From a virus (lineage: Duplodnaviria; Caudoviricetes): a stretch of 64,000 nt of DNA. The DNA lies in IMG/VR virus record IMGVR_UViG_3300043414_000372, positions 128,001-192,000 of that record; one strand, 5' to 3'. The position numbers and the translations under genes are program-made. Below, piece after piece: positions 8,876 through 18,686 of this stretch. The notes beneath the pieces were generated by a model that searched no databases, was not told the origin of the DNA, and saw only the letters and a list, made by a program, of their open reading frames with translations. The stretch's first letter is position 1. Each line of letters begins with the position of its first letter.

Positions 8876-9503
8876 TAAATTACCAGTTGAAAGTTATTAC
8901 GGAATTAACCTCAAGTCCGAACGTGAATCATTATATTCATTAATTAAAAACTTACCGGACAATAGTGTTATAGTAGAAGTTGGGTCGGCAATGGGCGGGT
9001 CTTCCTGTTTAATGGCGTCAGTAAATCCAACCATAGAAGTAAATTGTGTAGATTCTTTTGAAGGAGATACAGGATTCCAATGTCATTGGAAGGACAAAAA
9101 GTATGCCGGGCCCGAAGATGACGAGATATCTTTTAAAAATTTACATGGTATAATTGATAGTTGTTTCTTAACAGATCCGTCAGGGAAATTAACTTTTGAA
9201 ACGTTAACTAAAAGATTTACCAATATTAAATTATTCAATAAAAGAAGCCCAGTAGATTTTTTAAATTGGGATAAGCCAATTGATTTGTATTTTGAAGATT
9301 CTGTTCATCAAAACCCAGTCTTACACTCAAACATTGAGTTTTGGTGTAAGCACATTAAACCCGGCGGATTTATAGCCGGGCATGACTATGATACTTTTTT
9401 GTTTCCGGATGTAACATTAGAATTTAATACTTTAATTGATAACGGATGGATATTAATTTCAAAAGTAGAATCATTGATAATTTTACAAAAACCTAATACG
9501 TAG
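8868..9503 (+). CDS. Class I SAM-dependent methyltransferase, tandem paralog
   Basis: IVEVGSAMGG, VNCVDSF, LYFEDSVH and KPGGFIAGHDY. Clearly similar to 8207-8875. Confidence 0.85.
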   Translation: MVNKLPVESYYGINLKSERESLYSLIKNLPDNSVIVEVGSAMGGSSCLMASVNPTIEVNCVDSFEGDTGFQCHWKDKKYAGPEDDEISFKNLHGIIDSCFLTDPSGKLTFETLTKRFTNIKLFNKRSPVDFLNWDKPIDLYFEDSVHQNPVLHSNIEFWCKHIKPGGFIAGHDYDTFLFPDVTLEFNTLIDNGWILISKVESLIILQKPNT

Positions 9504-9513
9504 GACGCACAAA

Positions 9514-10173
9514 ATGAAAACCACTATTATAGAAAACTTTCTTACTGACGATGAAATATTTGATATTGAAAAATTATTTCGCAGCAAAGTTGATACTGCC
9601 GTATGGATTGAGCCAACTGAAGTTGATTTGGCACATTCTCAATATTGGTACCCGGGAGAAAGCTATAAACAAAAATTTAATCTATTTTTAAATAACAAAA
9701 TAAATTCAATTTTTGAAAAAAACATCTGTGATAATTGGCATATATTAAATGCTTATAGACCATATGGCATTCACACTGATTCAATTGATGATGAACATGA
9801 TAGTTATGTTCATATGTTAAATCAAGGGCATGATTTTGGTTGGACATTTTTAATACCATTAGATGATTACCCAACTAATACAATTGTGTTTAATGAAAGT
9901 AGTAGCGTAATGAAAGTTTCAACTAAATGGATTGAAAAAGAAAATAGACAACCATTAGGGTTAATAACCGATGAAATTCATACAAAATACTTAACACACC
10001 AAGGAAAAGAAATTACAGATTACTTTTCTATTGAAACAATTTTTCCATGGAAGAAAGGCAATCTATTGGCCATGCCAAGGAAATCATTTCACTGTAGTGA
10101 TAATTTTTTAAATAAAAAAATATTTGAAAAAAGAGCAATTGTAGGATGGTCAATGATACCAAAACAAATATGA
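9514..10173 (+). CDS. Putative 2OG-Fe(II) oxygenase
   Basis: HxD (YGIHTDS), distal His (FHCSD) and a downstream Arg (EKRAIV), with spacing typical of the double-stranded beta-helix fold. Confidence 0.7.
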   Translation: MKTTIIENFLTDDEIFDIEKLFRSKVDTAVWIEPTEVDLAHSQYWYPGESYKQKFNLFLNNKINSIFEKNICDNWHILNAYRPYGIHTDSIDDEHDSYVHMLNQGHDFGWTFLIPLDDYPTNTIVFNESSSVMKVSTKWIEKENRQPLGLITDEIHTKYLTHQGKEITDYFSIETIFPWKKGNLLAMPRKSFHCSDNFLNKKIFEKRAIVGWSMIPKQI

Positions 10174-11426
10174 ACAAAAACGTACTATGCCCGGCTCCGT
10201 TAACGGCAGTATTAGTTGACACTAATAAAGGAGTTAGACCTTGCTGTGTTTATGATAATACCTATTTAGGTAACATCAAAGAACAAACTATTTCATCTAT
10301 CATTAAAGGAGACGAGTGGCAAAAATTAAAGCAACAAATGTACGACAATGAATGGCCAGATCCATGTTTACCGTGTAAAGAAAGGGAAAGAGTCTCTGGC
10401 TGGAGTGTAAGAAAATTATTTCAAAATGGTTCATTTGATATTACTGGCTGGGAAACAGGTGGAATAACTTATCTAGAATTCAATGGGAGTAATATTTGTA
10501 ACTTGTCTTGTTTACATTGTAATGCCGGATTCAGTAGTAGATGGGTATCCGAATTGAAAAAAACTATACCCATATATAAATCATATGATGCCGAAAAACA
10601 AAAAAGATTAAGTTGGTTTGATGCTGTTATTGTTTATGAAGATGACAAGAAGGGTAGGTCATCTAAAATGCATTTGCCTGATCCTGAATTAGTTATAGAA
10701 AACTTAAAAGAATTAGATTTATCTAATCTTCGTACAATTAATTTTAAAGGCGGTGAGCCATTACTTAACTCTGAAACTGTTGCTATTTTAGAATACTTGG
10801 ATGAGCGATCTATTTTAGGAAATGTAAGCGTAACATTGTCTAGTAATGGTACTTATATTAATGATAAAATTATTGCTTTATTCAAAAAATGTAAAAATAT
10901 ATATTTTAATTTATCCGTTGATGGTATTGGTAATTTGTTTAATTACATCAGGTACGGAGATGCCAAATTTGAAGATATAGAACCCACTATTGCATTGTTA
11001 AATGATAATATACATGACATAACTATTAATTGCGGGGTTGCGGTAATGAATTACAATATCTTTAATTTACTAGAGATAAAAAACTGGGTTATTGAACTAT
11101 CTAAAAAATATAGTAAAGTTAAAAGTGATATTGGATTTTCAAATTGTGTTGCTGACCCCAAGTACTTGTCTCTAAGAACATTAACCGATGATACTAGAAA
11201 AACACTAATTAGTTTTTATGAAAAAAACAACGACTATAAAGAGTTTGATGCTGTTATTCAAACTCTTTCCAGTGAGTACTTAGGAGATCATATGCACAAT
11301 CAATGGATTGAATATACTGAATTGATGGAGACTGTCAGAGGTAATAATATTTTAGATATAGTTCCTGAATTGAAGGAAGAAATGAGATTTAGAATGTACG
11401 GAAAATTAACATCAGAATATAAATAA
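10170..11426 (+). CDS. N-terminal twitch-domain radical SAM protein
   Basis: N-terminal C...RPCC...CLPC, core NICNLSCLHC, KGGEPLL, SSNGT and LSVDGIG. The start is likely 10170 (ATGA overlap with the upstream stop) rather than 10146. Confidence 0.9.
   Translation: MNKNVLCPAPLTAVLVDTNKGVRPCCVYDNTYLGNIKEQTISSIIKGDEWQKLKQQMYDNEWPDPCLPCKERERVSGWSVRKLFQNGSFDITGWETGGITYLEFNGSNICNLSCLHCNAGFSSRWVSELKKTIPIYKSYDAEKQKRLSWFDAVIVYEDDKKGRSSKMHLPDPELVIENLKELDLSNLRTINFKGGEPLLNSETVAILEYLDERSILGNVSVTLSSNGTYINDKIIALFKKCKNIYFNLSVDGIGNLFNYIRYGDAKFEDIEPTIALLNDNIHDITINCGVAVMNYNIFNLLEIKNWVIELSKKYSKVKSDIGFSNCVADPKYLSLRTLTDDTRKTLISFYEKNNDYKEFDAVIQTLSSEYLGDHMHNQWIEYTELMETVRGNNILDIVPELKEEMRFRMYGKLTSEYK
11418..11425 (+). 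promoter_or_regulatory. T4-type late promoter consensus TATAAATA
   Basis: Exact TATAAATA 12 bp upstream of the 11438 start. Confidence 0.5.
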
Positions 11427-11437
11427 AAGGAAAAGGT

Positions 11438-12670
11438 ATGGAACAAAATATAATATGTGTAGCACCCATAAATTCAATATTGATTGACACCAACAAAGGC
11501 CTTCGTCCTTGTTGTTATTACGGTGACGGTTTTTTAGGTAATGTTAATAAAAACACTATTGCTGAAATTGTTAGCAATGATAAATGGAAAGCATTAAAAC
11601 AACAGGTAAAAGATAACATTTGGCCTATAGGGTGTACATTGTGTAAGAGCAATGAAGAAAGTTTTGGCACTAGTCTAAGACAAGCCTATTGGGAACATGC
11701 TACGCAGGAAGAAATAGATAGTGATAAAATAACAGTTATAGAGTTTAACGGAAGTAACATTTGTAATCTGGCCTGTCTTCATTGCCATTCATTGTATAGT
11801 AGTAAATGGTATGCGCAGGGAGAGAAAGCTAAAAAAGTTCTTAAAACATATGATATAAAAAAACAAGAGAGGGCGTTAGAATTTAGACCCTTGAAGGAAT
11901 TGTTTGATGATGCTGACGGATCTTCATTACAAAAAATGCATTTACCTAATCCTGACTTAGTTATAGAAAACTTGAAAGGGTTAGACTTAAGCAGGTTGCG
12001 AACAATGCATTTTAGGGGCGGCGAACCATTACTTAATTCAGAAACTACTGCGGTATTAAAATATGCCGATGAAATTGGATTATTGGATAAGGTTGAAGTT
12101 AGTATCACTACTAATGCTACTTATATTACACAAGAAATTATAGATTTGCTTAAAAAATGCCGAATAGTACATATTAATTTATCCGTTGATGGAATAGGAG
12201 AGTTATTTAATTACATTAGATACGGAGAAGCTAAATTTGATAGTATAGAACCCACTATAGCAAAACTAAATGAAGTAGAAGGCATCTCAATGTTAGTTAG
12301 TGTAGCAGCAATGAACTACAGCGCATTTAGCTTATTAGAAGTAAGAGACTGGACTGTTGAAATGTCAAAGAAATATAAACATCTTCAAAAACTACCAGGG
12401 TTGAATAATTGTGTAATAAGTCCAAACTATCTATCATTGGCTACGTTGTCAGACCCAACAAGAAAATATCTAATTGACTTTTATACAAAAAACAGTATAG
12501 AGGATGAATTTAAATATGTAATTAACTTACTGGCAAATGATTATTTGGGTGATGAAATTCATACTAACTGGGTAGAATATACTGAACTGATGCAAACAGT
12601 AAGAGGGAATAATATATTAGATATTGTGCCTCAACTTGCTGATGAATTAAAATTAAAAAATCATGCTTAA
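11438..12670 (+). CDS. N-terminal twitch-domain radical SAM protein, close tandem paralog of 10170-11426
   Basis: RPCC...CTLC, NICNLACLHC and RGGEPLL. Shares EFNGSNICNL, KMHLP, LFNYIRYG and TVRGNNILDIVP with its neighbour. Confidence 0.9.
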   Translation: MEQNIICVAPINSILIDTNKGLRPCCYYGDGFLGNVNKNTIAEIVSNDKWKALKQQVKDNIWPIGCTLCKSNEESFGTSLRQAYWEHATQEEIDSDKITVIEFNGSNICNLACLHCHSLYSSKWYAQGEKAKKVLKTYDIKKQERALEFRPLKELFDDADGSSLQKMHLPNPDLVIENLKGLDLSRLRTMHFRGGEPLLNSETTAVLKYADEIGLLDKVEVSITTNATYITQEIIDLLKKCRIVHINLSVDGIGELFNYIRYGEAKFDSIEPTIAKLNEVEGISMLVSVAAMNYSAFSLLEVRDWTVEMSKKYKHLQKLPGLNNCVISPNYLSLATLSDPTRKYLIDFYTKNSIEDEFKYVINLLANDYLGDEIHTNWVEYTELMQTVRGNNILDIVPQLADELKLKNHA

Positions 12671-13805
12671 AAACGACCGCGAATTTGAAATACATTTAAA
12701 AAAGAAAATCATAGATGATCCTATTATAGGCAGGCTTATTTATGAAGAATATGATTCCTCTGAATCCTGTAACTTTGACAAAAATGAAAATGTGTGTGAT
12801 TTGCCATTCAATGATATTGAGGTTCAAGCTGATGGTAGAGTATATACTTGCTGCCCAGGATGGAACCCTGCTTCAATTGGTAATTTATTAGAAGATGATT
12901 TAAAGTCTATCTGGAATAGTGCCAAGGCAACTGCGGTTAGAGATTCAATGACAGATGGATCCTATAAGTATTGTAACGCAAAAACATGCCCAGCAATGAT
13001 AGCCGGGGGAGGAGATAGAATCATACCCAAATCAAACTTTGTGGATCCTAAAAATAGGTTTCCAAAAAACATAGCATTCTCAGTTGACAATACTTGTAAC
13101 TTAATCTGCCCTAGCTGTAGAACACATAAGATTATTACACTTGAGAACGATGCTCATAACCGTGCTTTAAAAATACTAAGAACCGCCTTCAGATCGGTAT
13201 TCAATGAGCCACACGACCAGCAAATAATATTTACATTTGACGGGGTAGGAGAAATATTCTTTAGCCCAGTTTACAGAGAGATATTTGAAACAGAAGAAGT
13301 GTTTAAAACTCCTGAGAAATGGCCCAACTTCAAAACAGTTTTATGTACCAATGGAACCATGATGACTGAGAAAATACAAAACAAGTATCATGTTTTGTTT
13401 GAACGAGCATTGGGTATTAGATTAAGTATCGATGCCGGAAATAAAGATAGTTATGAAAAAGTAAGATGCGGCGGTGATTGGGATTTATTGTGGGAAAATA
13501 TAGATTATCTGTATCAACAAACATTAAAAAACACAGATACTAAAAGTTGGGCATGGAATGTTATTTTACAGGAAGATAACTACGAATCTATACCGGATTT
13601 AGTTAAATTAGCATATCAATATCCTGATAACTTACCTGATATCTACATAGTCAATATGTTAAATTGGGGAACTTACTCACAGGAAGAATTTGATAAGAAA
13701 GCAGTTTGGTTTAAAAATTCACCAAACTATAACAGGGCAAAAGAGATTCTATCATTGCCTGAGGTAATAAACTACCCAAAAATGTTTAGACCAATATTAG
13801 ATTAG
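12663..13805 (+). CDS. Radical SAM protein with N-terminal SPASM/twitch domain
   Basis: CDLPF...DGRVYTCC...IGNL...YCNAKTCP precedes the core NTCNLICPSC. Also GVGEIF, TNGT and SIDAG. Confidence 0.88.
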   Translation: MLKNDREFEIHLKKKIIDDPIIGRLIYEEYDSSESCNFDKNENVCDLPFNDIEVQADGRVYTCCPGWNPASIGNLLEDDLKSIWNSAKATAVRDSMTDGSYKYCNAKTCPAMIAGGGDRIIPKSNFVDPKNRFPKNIAFSVDNTCNLICPSCRTHKIITLENDAHNRALKILRTAFRSVFNEPHDQQIIFTFDGVGEIFFSPVYREIFETEEVFKTPEKWPNFKTVLCTNGTMMTEKIQNKYHVLFERALGIRLSIDAGNKDSYEKVRCGGDWDLLWENIDYLYQQTLKNTDTKSWAWNVILQEDNYESIPDLVKLAYQYPDNLPDIYIVNMLNWGTYSQEEFDKKAVWFKNSPNYNRAKEILSLPEVINYPKMFRPILD

Positions 13806-13812
13806 GAAAAAT

Positions 13813-14517
13813 ATGAAAACAACTATAGTTAATAACTTTCTATCCACTGATGAAATTAAAGTGATAGAACGCTTGTTTAGAGAAAATGATGACTTATTAA
13901 TCTACAAAGAAAAAGAAGGTATTAGATTAGGTAATAATAATTTACATCCTAATACAACACATGGGATGAAGTCAACGTACTGGTATCCCGGCCCGTCAAC
14001 TTGCGGAGAGATTCGCAGTATACTTGACCCAAAAATAAAAAATATATTTGGTAATGATATTGAATGCCCAGACTGGCATATTTTAAATTCATATAGGCCA
14101 TATCCTATACATTCAGATTCACTAGACGATGAAAATATTGAAAATACCTCAGTTCCAGCTGGCACAGATTATGCCTGGACATTGTTAATTCCATTGGATA
14201 ACTATGATTCCAATACTATAGTTTTTAATGAAGAATCATACAATACAAAACTCACTAGAACCTGGATCGAAAGGAATAACAAATTACCGCAATATGCTAT
14301 CGATGATGATACTTATAACAAATATTTTACACACAATAACAGAGATATAGTTGACCATTTTTCAATTGATACAATATTTCCATGGGAAAAAGGTAATTTA
14401 TTAGCAATGTCTAGGCATAGATTTCATTGTAGCGATGATTTTTATTCGCACGGATTAGTAGAAAAAAGGGCATTGGTGTGCTGGACCTATAGAACAACAG
14501 GTGACAAGCCATGTTAA
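13813..14517 (+). CDS. Putative 2OG-Fe(II) oxygenase, paralog of 9514-10173
   Basis: YPIHSDS, FHCSD and EKRALV. Shares WHILN.YRPY, WT.LIPLD.Y, NTIVFNE and TIFPW.KGNLLAM with the paralog. Confidence 0.7.
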   Translation: MKTTIVNNFLSTDEIKVIERLFRENDDLLIYKEKEGIRLGNNNLHPNTTHGMKSTYWYPGPSTCGEIRSILDPKIKNIFGNDIECPDWHILNSYRPYPIHSDSLDDENIENTSVPAGTDYAWTLLIPLDNYDSNTIVFNEESYNTKLTRTWIERNNKLPQYAIDDDTYNKYFTHNNRDIVDHFSIDTIFPWEKGNLLAMSRHRFHCSDDFYSHGLVEKRALVCWTYRTTGDKPC

Positions 14518-15251
14518 CCCTAGGCATTTTTGGGGATAGCTATAGTGACCCTATTAGACACGGACATGATAACTTCAGAGAGTTAGATGAATTAGGCTGG
14601 CCCAATTTATTAAAACGTAAATATGATGTTGGTTTACACGGCAAGAATTCTTCTTCTATATTTTATAGTTATCAAAAATTCTTAGAACATCATTTAAAAT
14701 ATGATAAAATTGTTTTTGTAGTTACTGATCCATTGCGATGGATTAAAGGTTATAATATGTTAGGAGATGAAAAGCATTTTAATAATTATTGGACTGCTGA
14801 TAGTTATTTAAAATCCAATAAAGAACATTTATCATTAGAACAGGTTGATTTAATTGAAGCAATAAAAAGTTATTATTTACATATGGTCGATGATATTAGC
14901 TGCCAATTATTGGCAAACTTGATGATAAATCATATAAAAGAAATTAGACCGGATGTGATACTAATACCTATATCAAGAGGATTAGTTATTGATGCAGTTG
15001 GGTTTTGGGACTACATTAATCTATTTAATAAGATGTTAGGGGTAAGCCAATTCAATACTGAAACTCATTATGAGTATAGATTAGCATGTCATCTATCAAA
15101 AGAAATGAATGAATTAGTAGCAAAGCATGTCGATCAAGCATTAGAAATTGGAGCATGGAACCCGGTATTACCAAACTTTGTTAAACATGAATTTACAAAT
15201 AAGGATTATTACTATCAACACAGTTCAACACGGGGCACATGGGGCAAATAA
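14511..15251 (+). CDS. SGNH/GDSL-like hydrolase or acyltransferase
   Basis: N-terminal IFGDSYS (block I), a Gly in block II (HGKNSSS) and a C-terminal His (ACHLS). Similar to 20983-21648. Confidence 0.5.
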   Translation: MLTLGIFGDSYSDPIRHGHDNFRELDELGWPNLLKRKYDVGLHGKNSSSIFYSYQKFLEHHLKYDKIVFVVTDPLRWIKGYNMLGDEKHFNNYWTADSYLKSNKEHLSLEQVDLIEAIKSYYLHMVDDISCQLLANLMINHIKEIRPDVILIPISRGLVIDAVGFWDYINLFNKMLGVSQFNTETHYEYRLACHLSKEMNELVAKHVDQALEIGAWNPVLPNFVKHEFTNKDYYYQHSSTRGTWGK

Positions 15252-15274
15252 ACTAATCTCGGTAGTTCAGCAAC

Positions 15275-15282
15275 TATAAATA
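15275..15282 (+). promoter_or_regulatory. T4-type late promoter consensus TATAAATA
   Basis: Exact match in the 54-bp gap, 23 bp upstream of 15306. Confidence 0.6.
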
Positions 15283-15305
15283 CTCAATCAAATAGAAAGA
15301 TTATA

Positions 15306-17864
15306 ATGTTAGATAAAGATACCTGGATAGCACAAAATTTAATTCCCAAAAATACAACAACAATAGTAAGAAAACCTAGGTTTAACGTTAAGTCGGTTGA
15401 CGTATTCAACGCTACACGAAAAACAAAATTTACGTTATGTGTTTTGGGTAGCTGGGCTATCTATATGCCTCCTTACAATATTGCTAGATTGTCTAGTCTC
15501 ATCAGAGAAGCAGGGTATCTTACCAAAGTATATGACTTCAACGTTGAATCACATTACGCATTAAAAGAAGCAAACCCTGATTTAGAAGATGCTTGGAATG
15601 GTGCTAACTATTGGTGGTGGCAATCACACGAATACTTCAAACGTGTTCACCCAACTTACGAACCTATATTAAAAGAATACCTACAAGTATTACTAAATGA
15701 CAATCCTGATATTATTGGATTCAGTTGCTATTACACAAACATCATGGCTACTAGATGGATGATCAAAGAAATCAAAAAAGTCAGACCAGATATCACTATC
15801 GTACTTGGTGGACCTGAATGCCACGAAGGGTATTTTAAAATGCCATCACTAGTGGATTACTACTTCATTGGTGAGAGTGAACAAAACATATTAGACTTCC
15901 TAGACAATTGGGAACAGGGTATTAAGCCAGATCAACCTGCAATCGGTGGATTGTATAGTGATGTTAGAATTGATATTGATAGCTTACCATACCCCGATTA
16001 TTCTGACTTTGACTTATCAAAGTATTGGGGCAAGGATTCTATCTGTGCTGAAATTAGTCGTGGATGTGTAGCTAAATGTAGTTACTGTACTGAGGTGTAT
16101 TACTGGAAATTCAGAGACCGGGGCGCTACTACAGTTGTAGATGAATTAGAGTATCAAGTTAAAAAATACAATATTGGATTTGTATCTTTTGTTGATAGTT
16201 TGATGAATGGTAACTTAAAAGAGTTTAGAAAATTCTGTGACGAACTAATTAAGCGAGATTTAAAAATTAACTGGTGGGGATATGCTAGGGCCGATGGTAG
16301 AATGGATTTAGATTTTTATAAAGCAATGGCAGCAGCGGGCGCACAAGGATTCAACTATGGTATTGAATCTGGCAGTGACAAAGTATTGTTAGCTGTAAAT
16401 AAAAAGAATACTGTAGCAGAAATTAATCAAAACTTAATTGACTCTGCTAAAGTTGGAATGAAAGTTTCTGCTTGTTGGGTTATAGGTGCTCCGGGTGAAG
16501 ATATCCAAGCATTCAATCATAGCTTCAATATGCTTTGGAATCATAGAGCAAGAATTATTGCTGTTAGCCCAGGCATTGGATTGGGTGACAATTACGGTTC
16601 AGCATATGATGATAGAGAGAAATACAATATCAATCCAAGAAACAAACCATGGCTTGGTGGATGGTATACACTTGATTTAACTAATACAAAACTACATAGA
16701 TTCATTCGTGTTAAATTAATGCACATTTGGTTAAAACTATGTAAAGATTATGGCGGAACACTATCCAACGTTCATGCCGCACAAGGTGATATTACCGATC
16801 ACTATCAATTGACATTTGATTCTGAATTCATCAGAGAACATGTAGACTATGAAGATTTTGACTATTCAATAATCAAATCCGGACACGGAGAGTTTGCCGA
16901 TAGCGTAATGAATGAAGTATTTGGGTTTTTGAGAATGATGTGGAGAGCCAGAGGTGGGTTTGAAATAACAATAAACTTCAATGAGGATTTAGATCACCGC
17001 GATTTCATATCAGCTATCGTTCCTGACACCCATAGTTATACTTCTACACATTGGTTTAAAATAGATGATGATGGTAATTATTCTACAAAGAATTCTTATA
17101 AATTTAGAAACGCATTTAGAGATGTGATTTCTATGGAAGGATTTGAGTATGAACATGAAGCTACTGGTCAATGGGTAGAAGCTAAAAAGTCATTGATTAA
17201 AAGAATATTTTATATCCAAGCTACTCCGGAAGAAAAATTATTACTACCAATTGAGTCTTGCTTCTCATCTATGTCAATTCAAGAACGACAACTATTACTT
17301 AAGGTGGCAAACAAACTAGATAAAGAAAGTCGTATATTAGAATTAGGTGCGTCACTGGGCGGACGTGCTAGTATCTTAGCAGCAGGTGACAAAAAACATT
17401 TGGTACATAGTGTAGAGTTATTTACGGATAATAGACCAAAAAATGATTTTGATTCTATGCAGGCTTGGATACGTGAGCAAATTGTAGATACTTGTTTACA
17501 GCTTGGAGTAAGCAGAAACGAAGGCGTCGAATTATTAGAAGCACTAAAGAAAGACTTTGAAGTTGATGCCACTGGTCAAACTGCTTACAATCGCATAATA
17601 ACAAAATATCCTAATATTGTATATGTGAATAATCTTGATAATTGGCAAATGCCATTGGATTTGTGCTTAGTAAAGACAGACCAAAATTTTGATTTATATA
17701 CTAACCTAGATTCAATACTTTCTACAGTAAAAGAAAACGGCTACGTTATAGCGCAGCCGTTTAATGATAATGAAGCATCAACTAAAGTTAGAAACTTAAT
17801 TGATAATGGATGGAAAGTAGTTGAAACTGTAGATACAATGGTTTTAATTCAAAAATCAAATTGA
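15306..17864 (+). CDS. Cobalamin-binding radical SAM enzyme (class B methylase-like) fused to a C-terminal methyltransferase-like domain
   Basis: B12-binding-type N-terminus (PPYNIARLSS, DIIGFSCY, IVLGGPE, YYFIGESE), SRGCVAKCSYC and YGIESGSD. The C-terminal ILELGASLGG...LIDNGW...LIQK matches the free MTases at 8207 and 8868. Confidence 0.9.
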   Translation: MLDKDTWIAQNLIPKNTTTIVRKPRFNVKSVDVFNATRKTKFTLCVLGSWAIYMPPYNIARLSSLIREAGYLTKVYDFNVESHYALKEANPDLEDAWNGANYWWWQSHEYFKRVHPTYEPILKEYLQVLLNDNPDIIGFSCYYTNIMATRWMIKEIKKVRPDITIVLGGPECHEGYFKMPSLVDYYFIGESEQNILDFLDNWEQGIKPDQPAIGGLYSDVRIDIDSLPYPDYSDFDLSKYWGKDSICAEISRGCVAKCSYCTEVYYWKFRDRGATTVVDELEYQVKKYNIGFVSFVDSLMNGNLKEFRKFCDELIKRDLKINWWGYARADGRMDLDFYKAMAAAGAQGFNYGIESGSDKVLLAVNKKNTVAEINQNLIDSAKVGMKVSACWVIGAPGEDIQAFNHSFNMLWNHRARIIAVSPGIGLGDNYGSAYDDREKYNINPRNKPWLGGWYTLDLTNTKLHRFIRVKLMHIWLKLCKDYGGTLSNVHAAQGDITDHYQLTFDSEFIREHVDYEDFDYSIIKSGHGEFADSVMNEVFGFLRMMWRARGGFEITINFNEDLDHRDFISAIVPDTHSYTSTHWFKIDDDGNYSTKNSYKFRNAFRDVISMEGFEYEHEATGQWVEAKKSLIKRIFYIQATPEEKLLLPIESCFSSMSIQERQLLLKVANKLDKESRILELGASLGGRASILAAGDKKHLVHSVELFTDNRPKNDFDSMQAWIREQIVDTCLQLGVSRNEGVELLEALKKDFEVDATGQTAYNRIITKYPNIVYVNNLDNWQMPLDLCLVKTDQNFDLYTNLDSILSTVKENGYVIAQPFNDNEASTKVRNLIDNGWKVVETVDTMVLIQKSN

Positions 17865-18686
17865 GATAGCTATTTGAGCAGCAACTGTTTTGGAAAACTT
17901 TATAACAGTTTCTAAATTAGGATGGGTATTTACTTCGGATATAGTATGTACAGGTTTTATTATATATGATTTCCAATAATTTTCTATCCAAGGAAAATCA
18001 TCCTTTTCAAAAGATATCCAATCTTTTTTGTCAAATAATAATTCATGTTTAAACGGATTAACTTTATTAAAAATTGGCTTAGATAATATATCAAGCACAG
18101 TAGACGGTATTTCTATCATTGTGTTACAAAAAGTATAGGTCACCCCATTAGCTTTTAGATAACTCTGCAAAGCAATAACATTGTGAAAATATTCAAGTGT
18201 GTGATCCATATCAGTGCCATTTATCAAAACTTCTTTTATATAATTTGAAAAATAAGTATAATTTGAAGCATCTAGATGATGGGTATTTAAATTAGAAAAT
18301 TGAGAAAATTCAGCATTCCAGCAGACTTTTCTGGCAAGACTGGTCCAGCCCACAAATACATGATAGTTTTTTCTTTCTTCAAGAGTCAACTCACTAAGAA
18401 AACTTATAGTTGATATGCATATATTTTGATTACTATTACCATCAAGTGAAATATCTTTTACTTCTAATCCGGTTAATTTACCCACTTGCCCGGACAAATT
18501 ATCATGTGATCTTAAATTTTCAGTATAATTATTCAGAAGCACTCGCAATTGATCCATATTATAGTCCGCATGCGGTTTATTTAAATATAAATTTTCCCAC
18601 CAATCAATGTCCGGATTATGTTTATCCCAGGTAATGGCATCACCAGCAGTCATACTACAACCATTAAACAATAACTTTTTACTCAT
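17856..18686 (-). CDS. SGNH-like hypothetical protein
   Basis: LLFNGCSMTAG (block I-like), DGNSNQNI, FVGWT and NTHPN (block V-like). Confidence 0.5.
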   Translation of the reverse strand: MSKKLLFNGCSMTAGDAITWDKHNPDIDWWENLYLNKPHADYNMDQLRVLLNNYTENLRSHDNLSGQVGKLTGLEVKDISLDGNSNQNICISTISFLSELTLEERKNYHVFVGWTSLARKVCWNAEFSQFSNLNTHHLDASNYTYFSNYIKEVLINGTDMDHTLEYFHNVIALQSYLKANGVTYTFCNTMIEIPSTVLDILSKPIFNKVNPFKHELLFDKKDWISFEKDDFPWIENYWKSYIIKPVHTISEVNTHPNLETVIKFSKTVAAQIAISI

